DNA of 64,000 nucleotides. It comes from Eledone cirrhosa (Eukaryota). Location of the stretch: assembly GCA_964016885.1 (NCBI GenBank), contig OZ024743.1, positions 156,054,001-156,118,000 of the forward strand. The letters run 5' to 3'. Below the pieces are notes generated by a model. That model had not been told where the DNA came from and made no database searches. It saw only the letters and a program-made list of their open reading frames with translations. How positions within the stretch are numbered: the first letter of the stretch is position 1; each line of letters begins with the position of its first letter. A program made the position numbers and the translations under genes. This document shows positions 54,118 through 64,000 of the stretch, one piece after another.

Positions 54118-57100
54118 TAGCAGAAGTACCCGGCATTGCCCGGGTGTAAGTCGACCTTTGCCCTGTTATTAACATGTGTGAAAGTTACTTCCCGCGCATC
54201 ACAGGTGCAACGCTGTTGTTGGTGTTGTTATTGTCTACACCAAAGGTGGTCATTATGAACAGGAGTTGTAATTCCACATGTTACGGCGGAACGTTGTAGC
54301 CGTAGTGTCGTCACCTGTAAGTAGATTCAGAAGAACGTCTGGCGGGTCAGCCAATGCCTCTAGTGGCACCTTACCTCCTGCACAGCATATAGAATGCGCC
54401 TCGCCTGGCCACTTCATTGCCTTGCAGGATGTACAGACATTATCCGTTTTGCCAATGGAAACTGTAGGCAGAGGTCCGTAATCCTCAGAGGGGTTATATC
54501 TGAAAGCTGCTTTTACCAAGCCTGAGCTCTTGGCAGCAGTAGCTAATCTATGCCGGGAACGCTCAGCAGCAAGTCTGTTGTCTACGTCTGCCATGGACTC
54601 CTCTGCAAGCACGTGTTGGCGACGAAGGCGAACTCCAGCAAGCCTCGTCTGACGAGATGTTGGTGACTCCTCTGCAAGCGATTGTTGGTGACAAAGGCGA
54701 ACGCTAGCAAGCCGCGTCGTACGGGATATTGGTGACTCTTCTGCAAGCGCTTGTTGGTGACGAAGGCGAATGCCAGCAAGCCTTGTCGTACGGGATATTG
54801 GTGACTCAACCAGCCGGGAAAGACGTTCTCTCAGCGAGTCGAGATTCGCACTCAGCAGGTGTTTCCTAGAGAAAGTTAATTAATTGTTTGTACTTTTGGC
54901 ACAAGGCCAGCAATTACCCAGTACATTACTGGTACTTTATTTTATCGACCCCGTAAGGATGAAAGGCAAAGTTAACCTCGGCGGGATTTGAACTCAGAAT
55001 GGCAAGGGCCGTAACTCTATGCGTCAAAGCATGGCATTCGACCCGCTACCAATACTGCCAATCTACCGCCCTAGAGAAAGTTAATTAATGCTACTTGTTA
55101 GCTAAGCCAAAGGCACAGTGACAATGGTAAAAGAGAAAAGTGTAATATGAACAAAAGGGAATCGATGTAATACAATACATTTAATATAACTACGATTAGA
55201 ATGTTGTATTTGCTTAAAAGTGTTGACAGTTAGGATAAACGCAGTGCTTGCTAACATTAAGAGATAATATTGCATAAAGGATTAACCAATTGTGAATGAA
55301 CGCATACCTGAGAATACCTAAATCGTCATCTCAAAGCAGTAGCTGTATCTTTTTTGGAGGTAAGTCTTGAACGTTTCCGTGTGGGCATAACGACGTGTAA
55401 CGAAGCTGTTAGGTTAGAAATGGGTGATTAAGTACAGAGAGAGGCGACACCAGATTCGCTAGCATGGTTACTGGTGAATGGGAAGGTTTGGAAATATGAT
55501 TATAATAACTTACCGAAGTTACCAGCCTATAAAATGCACTTAAAATAGCTAATTTTCATCAAAAACAGCTCTGCGCTTTATACTCCGGTGAGCCTTATGT
55601 ATAAATAATACAATGGTAATCAATCACGGCTCCAACAGAAGTAATATGTCTAGACTAAAAGTAAAGAAGATAGCATTTTCATGGTTGGCCTTACAAGCCG
55701 TTGTGCGGACCTGATTTTACATGATACGCCTCATATCCCGGTGAACCTTATAGCGCGGAAAATACGGTATCTATTGGAAAAGAATACGAATTCATGACCA
55801 AGGTCTGACAAAGGATTGGCGCCTGAAACAAACTTGTCCAAAACCCTGGGATCTTTCTCGTTAAGTATCCACCCAAAAGGAACCGTTTCTTAGTTACAAA
55901 AAATAACCCAAGTGAATAGTAGCTATATTACTGATATATCATGCCAAAAAGAACAACATATTCAAAATATTTTCTAAAGTACATTCAATCTCTCTTTTTG
56001 ACCGATGTCTTAATAAGAAAATTATCGATTTGTTATTAGTTGTCAGTGTTTATTTGCATGCAGGTGTGTACGTGTGCGCAATGAATTGCACTGTCTCTGA
56101 CAAATAATTAAAAAAATAAAGAACAATAGCAATTTGCAAATACGCTCATAACATTTAATCGTAAACAGAACAAAAAATGACATTAGAGGTGGGCGAATAA
56201 TGGAAAAGATACAAACCCTGGTCAACTTACGTTTAAAAACCCAAAAATTTACTCACTTTCTGTGCAAAAGGCTGTGACAGTAGTGTTATAAATTAAGTAA
56301 TTTTTTAGAACCTTTTGTTTAAAAAAGGAAAAAATTGGTATGGACGTAACATTTTTTAGAACTTTGTATGTGTCCAATACAACTTGGTCAAAGTATTATT
56401 TAGTAATTTTTTTTCAAAAAGCATGATTATTCAACACTGTTTGAAAATTTACTCATCGCTTTTAGCTTTTGGCATCACAAAAGACACCATTAAATTTGGG
56501 TTCTTTTCAGATAGGGATAATACTGTATTTGCACTTGAATAAGGGGGAATATGAAAAGTTTAACGCTAAGATGTCGACAATACCCTAGTCCGAATGGGGA
56601 TTTTAAATTTAAGGAAGGCGAAAAATGAGTTAAATTTAAATGAAATGACATGCATGTACTCTAAATAAATAAGCACTAACTCACCGATAAGTGGGCAAAT
56701 TCTGTAAAGGTCCGTTTAGTGAGACGGCCGGATTTATTGTTGTTCACAAAAAGCGGATACACACAAAGAGAAAAAGGCTGTTCGCACGTGCGTGGATACC
56801 TGTTTTTGTATCTATCGTTGAGAAAACATACTGCTCGTGGTATAGATAGGCCGTTCAATCAATAACGCGCGTGGGTCAGTGTGTGCGTGCGTATATGGGC
56901 ATATGAAATTTATTTTGATTGCGCCAGGTGTAAACTAAAAGTGCTTGCATTCGAATACATACACATTAAATTTCATTGAAATCGAAAGATTTTTGAAAAA
57001 AATATGAAAAATATTTTGACATATATTTTTTTGACTGTACAATTATTTAAGAATTAAGAATTATACTCAAAGAACCCTGAATATCTGTTTGTAAAGCCGT

Positions 57101-57618
57101 TCATATTCCCATAAAGAAAGGCGTAGATTGGCATATTTCCACAAAATTGCGCCATTGATAATAAAACTATGAATAATTGTCTACCCTAACTCTTAAAGGT
57201 TTCATTTAACGCATGATTTATGAGTTTAAAAAGACTTTCTGAATGTTTGCAGCCTTGGAATAACTCCTAATGGATCTATTATTGTGGTAATATAACATTT
57301 CATTTAAATAGAACGAATTCTGAAAATATCGATGTTTGCCTCGGGTGAACCAATGATAGATTTTCCGAAAGATTAATTTAGCCCACGCTCATCCCCGGAT
57401 CAAAATAAACACTTGCCTCGAGTTATCGAAATCGGACGATTTTTGAAAATACCGCTTTTTGGCTTCTGGGGGCCCGATTATCGATTTTTCGAAAATTTCA
57501 AGTAGCCTATTCCAATCTACGGTTGAGTTTTATATGTGTCAAGTTCCATGAAAATCGGATGAACGGTGTAGCCTGCAAGTTCGGGATACCAGACAAACAA
57601 ACAAACAAGCCCAACTTC

Positions 57619-57630
<12 letters not shown>
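54117..57630 (-). mobile_element. Helitron deletion derivative with RepHel N-terminal fragment
   Basis: 3' end on - strand: ACCCGGGCAATGCCGGGT hairpin plus CTAG|T at 54117. ORF 54253-54612 'AAFRYNP..DY....VSIG.TDNVCTSCKAMKWPGE..SICCAGGKV.L...DPP..LL.LLTG....FRRNMWNYNS' is typical of RepHel. Probable 5' end TATATAAAGTGAAGTTG..TGTTTGTTTGTCTG near 57630 (extent inferred). Confidence 0.75.
54885..55070 (-). mobile_element. Full-length SINE with 19-bp target-site duplication
   Basis: CTAGAGAAAGTTAATTAAT at 54866-54884 and 55071-55089. Confidence 0.92.
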
Positions 57631-57714
<84 letters not shown>

Positions 57715-58308
57715 TCGTTTGTGAATTTGTTTGGCGAGATTTCTTATCTGAAAACGTGTGTTGAAACATATATTGTTATACTTTGGGAGGTTCATGCTGT
57801 CAAGAAAAACAAACGTACCTGTTAGTTCTCACCTCAATATATTATACGTTTCCTGCTGGTTGGTTGGTTCGATAACCGGAATGTGGCTTATATATCGCCA
57901 ATGGTTTTTCGTCACATATTATCTGACCTCCTCAGCGATTAGGTTTTTATTTTGTGTCTCTCAAGTGTTCTGTCCTACAGCATTTTGTATTTGTGTGTTG
58001 CGTGTTGTGTGTGGCATGCTTAGTTTATGAATGCATTACATCCGGGTTGTGTGAGTCTTTATTTATGTGTTTATTTACTTTTCGGTAGTTGGTTGTTTGT
58101 TCTATCTGCGTGTGGTTGATTTGTTTTGTTAGTTTGGTTTTTGCATGTTGTGTGTGTCTCTATGATTTCATTTTGTCCCTAATTACTAAGTGTAATGTTG
58201 CTATAACACTCATGTTTTCTGTTTAATTTAGGAGAGATACAAAGGAGAGATACGAAATAAAAACCTAGCCACTGAGGCGGTCACAGAAGGTGTCACGAAA
58301 GGGCGTTG

Positions 58309-58376
<68 letters not shown>

Positions 58377-59085
58377 AGAGTATTGAAATGTGCTTGAAGC
58401 ATTGTGGAATAATAAGGTAAATTCTCTATAAGTCGTTTGGAAGCCTCGACAATGCAGATGGGTTAATCTCCGGGTAACAAGATCCGGTGGTGGAGAGAGA
58501 GATGTAAGTGGGCGTACTTTGAAATGCGTGGCGTGTAGAAGACTGTAGCGTGTAGAAGAATGTAGGAAAGAGCGTAAAGGATAAACATAAAAATAATAAC
58601 ACGAGATAAAGTTACCTTGGGTGAGATTTAATTGTCCCTATATATTTCGGATTCACATCTATCAAGTGGGTTTTTTTCTGTGATGGTGGGGGGGGGGAGG
58701 TTGTCTGTCGGAAAGTTGCGAAATGTGTCCTCCGCTGTTCGTTGTTTTGAATATCTGAGGAATTCAGCAGAGCGCGCGTGCGCGTGAAATGGGGTCGGTC
58801 AAGCAGAGGTCAGCGGCCGAAATAGTTCTTTCAATTTTGGGAGTGGGGTGGCACTAGCTGTCAGTCCATAGTATTCTCTGCCTGTTTGGTGAATGTTACT
58901 GCGTGTGTGCGTGTGTGTGTGTGTGTGCGTGTGTTGTTGCCTTGTTCCTCTATATTGGCATTGTAATATGTTCGTATGGTGGAATGCTACTGCGTGGGTG
59001 TGTGTGTGTGTGCGTGTGTTGCTGTCTCACTTGTGTGTGTGTGTGCGTGTGTTGTTGCATCGTGTGTTAATTTAAACCAACCGCC

Positions 59086-59345
59086 TCATTTCGCTTCTCT
59101 CGGATCGGTGTTTAATTTTGGCCCTAGGCGTTTGATCCAAAGTGCTTCCTTGATACGTAATGTGCCGACGTTTCTTTCTGTCGCTAGAATAGTGACAATG
59201 GGCCTTCCGTCTTTGTTTCCGCATTTAGCTATGTGTTTCCGAAAAGACAAGGCGCTGGTGTTAGAGTGCTCCTTGATCCGGATGTGCAGCGGCCGGATTG
59301 TGCTACCTACATAATATTGGTTGCACATGTTATATTCTATCTTAT
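59086..59345 (-). pseudogene. PLE GIY-YIG endonuclease fragment
   Basis: 'CNQYYVGSTIRPLHIRIKEH...FRKHIAKC...LRIKEALWIKRLGPKLN'. Confidence 0.8.
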
Positions 59346-59699
59346 ACAGGACATATGTGCGGAGGCATCAGTTCGCCTGGCGAATATATTAAAGTGTACT
59401 AACCTCCAATTATAACTCTAACATCTGGACATGCTCAAATTAGAGTATGTTTCGCTATAAAAATTGAAGAATACATATTGTAGATGTAGCTCATCGGCGA
59501 GTGCCTGTCAACGCGATCAACACTTCTAAAAACATATCAGATAAATAAGAAAATATGCACGGTATAGAGAAAGTACATGTGTGTTTTATAGCCAATGCTG
59601 GTATGAATAGACCAAAAGACCGCTAAAAATAGCAGCCCTAGAACCATTCAACTTAGGAGGCTCGAATTACATATAGAAGTGAATTAGGAGACACTATAT

Positions 59700-61100
59700 T
59701 TAATTAAAAAACGGAGTTAAAAACTCACAGGTATCCCCAATATTTTAATGAGCTCACGGAATTGACTCCCTGCTCTTTATAAATCAGCAGATAGAGAGAA
59801 TTACACATACACATATGTTTTTAATAATAGGGGATAAAAAACCATGACGAACATACCCACTAATTTGAGAATGTCCGGGTGTTATAGATATATATTCGAA
59901 TTCGATAAAATTATTCTAATAGAAAACACTCAACCTCATTCTGAAACAGTTTGAATAGTGTCCTAAAAAATGTAAAGTCCCCAGTAAGTAACTTATTCTA
60001 TCGAATAAAACTAACAACCTCTATGAACTCAGTCCTACCACGTATATCAAATTACTAGACAAGTGAATATAAACTACATATAGGATAGCTGACAACACCC
60101 TATGTAATTGAATTAAGTATGTGGATAAATACAACACTAGTAAGACGAGGATAGAAAATCGATTAGAACGCCTAGAGAAGAGGGAGGCTTAAGTAAAATT
60201 TAACGACTCCGCCGGTAGATCTAGCGATATACACGACTTGGACTGACTGCTTTTACTTTGCTGTCGTAAAATCCGCCTCTTTAATAAAGGGTCGGCATGG
60301 ATAAAGAAATCCATGACAATCGAACGATTTGATATTCCTATAGAATCGTTTGACAGAGTGGATATTTGCGATTTGATGGGGCTTTTTATCCTAGATACCT
60401 TACGCAAGTACTGCCCTGATTTTCTGAAAGGTTTATACTGTGAGGATAGTCTGGCGCTTATGAAACATAACATTGGCCACCAACTCGACACCTTCAGGAA
60501 TGAGTTAATCAAAATGTTTAGAGAACTATGTCTAAAAATCACCGTATCCACCAACATTTTAATTTCTTACAAAACTATACCTACACACACTGACCCATAA
60601 ACATGTCCCTAAGCCTAGCCACGACCTTAGACACATCCCCTATTATCTTTAAACATTTTGCTAAGAATATTAGTAAGTGGATGTCTAACCCCTTTTTCAG
60701 CAAGCCATTTTCGATAGCGAGGCTCCCATTAAACTACAGCATTACACTACTGTGGCTTCTCCGAGAATATTTCCCACAGTCCAGGCTACTCCCTAAATAC
60801 TATTAGGAAAACAAAAACTAGAAATAATGCAAAAATCCAGATACATCCTCCTCTCTCGTTAAATCTCTAACTAATGTCCGAAAAAAATGTTTAACCTTCT
60901 TAGATACACACTTCTCATTAGGACACACATACCACCAGAACTTTAGCCGAGATACGGTTAGAATTGTGTCAGTCACGCCTCTTTCATAAACATGAGAGCC
61001 CTAAATTATATGGTTGCACTTGTAAAAGCCTAAGTCATGACAACTGGATCGCAAAGGTAAGATCACAGCGATAATATACAAAGGTCAGGTATCACCGTTG
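59700..61100 (+). pseudogene. Degenerate PLE reverse transcriptase remnant
   Basis: 'FDIPIESFDRVDICDLMGLFIL...GLYCEDSLAL' resembles the PLE '[30 protein letters not shown]' motif. Confidence 0.7.
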
Positions 61101-62994
61101 AATGAAAACTACCAAAAATAAATCCTAGAAATACATCATTTTTAATATATCCACATTTTCTAGTCCCCTCACGATCATTAGGTAATTTAGCATGTGTTCG
61201 CTTCTTTACTGTCAAATTGGAAACCCCTAGAATTTCCAGATTATCTGCCATTTAATTCGGGCTCTTCTCTCATTGTTCTGTATTTTCACTTTTGAGTAAA
61301 CATTCTCCAGTTTATTTCATCGTCACTGGTTGAAAACGTTGGGCTTCAAAGTTAATGCAACGTTGTACCTGGTATGCCACAGTTGTAATAACTGAACTTA
61401 ATAATTATACTCAAACTCGCCCTACGTATTTACTGTATATCGTGAATAATATTACCTACCTATTACTACTATGTTATGAAATAGAAATATACGAAATTAA
61501 CACGTCATATAAATGAGCTTCAATTTATGAAGTAAAGTACTAACACTCACATATTTGTGTAACAAAATCAATGCTTATAGAACAGCGTTTCCAGAGAATA
61601 CAGAATTGAGTGCCTGGTTATTGACCAAATGAAATTTTAACCGAACATAATTCAGCACCCTCTATAGCAGTCGCCTTGTTAGTGTTTGATTAATCATATA
61701 GTTTCTGTTCGATCTCCAGCGGCATCATACATAAGTGATAAATTAAACGTGAAAAGTATTCTTTATTTCACACATTAATCGAATATTTCAATATGCTGAG
61801 TTGCATTAAAAGTAAACTGTAGCTCGTATGCGCAATATATTGCATATCCTACTATATATTAGTAATAATAAATGTGTGAATTTTCAAGAATTACAAATAT
61901 TTGCTTTACATCTCACTATAAACTGGACGAGGCAAAGGGAACGTATCAACCCCTATTTAAATAGCAGCTAAATTCCGTGACATGACATTGCTTTTAAGGG
62001 TTGATGCATTTAGCAAGCACAGTCCTGTTGGAACAATAATTATGTTCACACTAATCAGATCTTCTGGTAAATATGAATACAAATAAGAGGTAATTTATTT
62101 GCAGACATGTTTACTTTTAACAACAAAATGTAATCACAACTGGGAGATTTGTTGTTGAACAATTGAATGCATTACACTATTGGGGTAGTGATTTAAGAGA
62201 CCTAACATATATACATTCCTAGTTGACTACAAATGTGTAATGAAAATAGGCGGGAAAGGAGATCAGCTTTCGCAAAGTATTGCATACAAAGGCATTGCTT
62301 GAAATATAAAATATAAGATTTTCAGTTCAAATAGTTTAAATGTTCCACTTCATATCTTTAAATTAACAGATGGATGTCAATGGAAGTGCCTTCTATTACG
62401 TTCCCACATTACACGTTCATTACAATACTACACCTTAAAAAAATCCGAAGTTATTACTGTAAATATTTGGGTCATGTGCTCTAGTATTACCGAATCACAT
62501 GCAAGGAAGGACTTTCAAAATTCTTCGCTGTTTACATAATTTGTGTTAATGTAAAATCTACGGCCGTCTCTTCTGATTTTCCTCATTTCATTAAGTAGGT
62601 ATATTATATCTTAGGTTAAGATACGTTTTTCAGGTAGGATATGGTCAAATCATGCTATATAACGAGAAATTAACTCAAAATTCTGAAATTATCCTATTCG
62701 TATGTGATGCATATCTAATATAAAATAAGGGATTTTTAATCAGGAACAGAAAAAAAAAATGAAATGACATGTAAGGTGCATATACAAATAACCCCATCCC
62801 GCAGAGAAAGACACAAACACAAACATGCACCCCCCTACACACACACAAATACACACACACACACATATATATATATATATTAAAATAACAGAAGATCCCG
62901 TGAAGAGTGAAAGCAGCGATTGTTTGCCTAAACTGAAATCTGTTATGTTAATAAATATTATTGTTATTACTACATATAATATTATAATATTATT

Positions 62995-63324
62995 TCGGTA
63001 GAGGGTCGGACGCCATGCTTTCCAGCATAGTTACGTCCCTTTACGATCTGAGTTCAAATCCCGCCGAGGTTGACTTTGCCTTTAATCCTTACGGGTTCGA
63101 TAAAATAAAGTACCAGTAATGCGCTGGGCAATTGCTGCCCTTGTGCCTAAAGTAGAAACAATTATTATTACTATGTATAGCATAGTTACGTCCCTTAACA
63201 GTCTGAGTTCAAATCCCGCCGAGGTTGACTTTGCCTTTCAACCTTACCAGGTCGATAAAATAAAGTACCAGTGATGCACTGGGTAATTGCTGGCCTTGTG
63301 CCTAAAGTAGAAACAATTATTATT

Positions 63325-63330
<6 letters not shown>
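62995..63330 (+). mobile_element. Two tandem 5'-truncated SINE copies
   Basis: GAGTTCAAATCCCGCCGAGGTTGACTTTGCC...GTAGAAACAATTATTATTACT occurs twice. Confidence 0.9.
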
Positions 63331-63395
<65 letters not shown>

Positions 63396-64000
63396 TGAGA
63401 GAGAGAGAGAGAGAGAGATAGATGGATATAGATAGAGAGATAGATAGATAGATTGACAGGTAGCCAAATAAATAAACACATGTATATAATATAATGATAA
63501 GAAAACTATTAAAACTTAAATGTTTAATGAAAAAATAATAATTTGAATTGAATTTAATAAAAGTATATTTTCGCTTCTCCAAATATGAATTCATAAGTGT
63601 GGAATATAATTGACTCCTCATCTTGAAAAGATTTGTTTATAATTTGTCAGTTTTCAAATTGGTTTTATCTAATTTATTTGCAACAAATTTGAGAGAAAAT
63701 TTTGTATGAATTATAAACGTAAAACGTTATTTTTTAAATGACAATATTACTAGTTCAATAGTGGTTACAACAATATGTATAGAACATCTTCATTTTCCTT
63801 CCACGTTTCTAACAGGTGCATGATTCCAACAAATAATTTAGGTAATTTATATAATGTACATTTATAATCAAATGTACGCACTCACATAGTTTGGTGAATG
63901 CCCAATGACACTGTCCTGTTACAAATTTAATATAACATTACAGAACGCCTTTTAATTGTTAATATATAAATAAACATATAGATATAAAGAAACATTTGCT

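Noticed and set aside
57745-58670. HHR-like motifs at 57745-57780(+), 58272-58310(+) and 58636-58670(-)
   Set aside because: Core boxes are mutated (CTGAAAA, CTGAGGC, CTTGATAG). Likely decayed pLTR ribozymes, not callable as functional.

Overview
AT-rich eukaryotic (non-bacterial) DNA almost entirely made of transposable-element sequence and (TA)n/(CA)n/(GA)n microsatellites. The tRNA-derived SINE family resembles cephalopod (Octopus-like) SINEs; this taxon call is an inference. No host gene is confidently visible; there are two weak exon candidates. The main feature is a recent Penelope-like retroelement (15181-19615) with an uninterrupted 1079-aa RT + GIY-YIG ORF carrying an ~160-aa Asn-rich insert, flanked by 546-bp inverted pseudo-LTRs that differ at one base. 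Other elements: a second inverted-pLTR Penelope remnant (45379-48667), Dong/R4-like LINEs in (TAA)n, RTE-like and Tx1-like LINE fragments (one with a twin-priming-type 5' inversion), Helitron derivatives, a non-coding LTR element with PBS, PPT and TSD, and many SINEs. Reading by eye shows a dense set of hammerhead-ribozyme (HHR) motifs from several unrelated sequence families. The most striking is a 321-bp head-to-tail array (36004-37021) with one full type I HHR (U3-A8 core variant, palindromic stem III, extended stem I) per unit, a candidate retrozyme/circRNA system. All RNA structures are hand-folded and untested.
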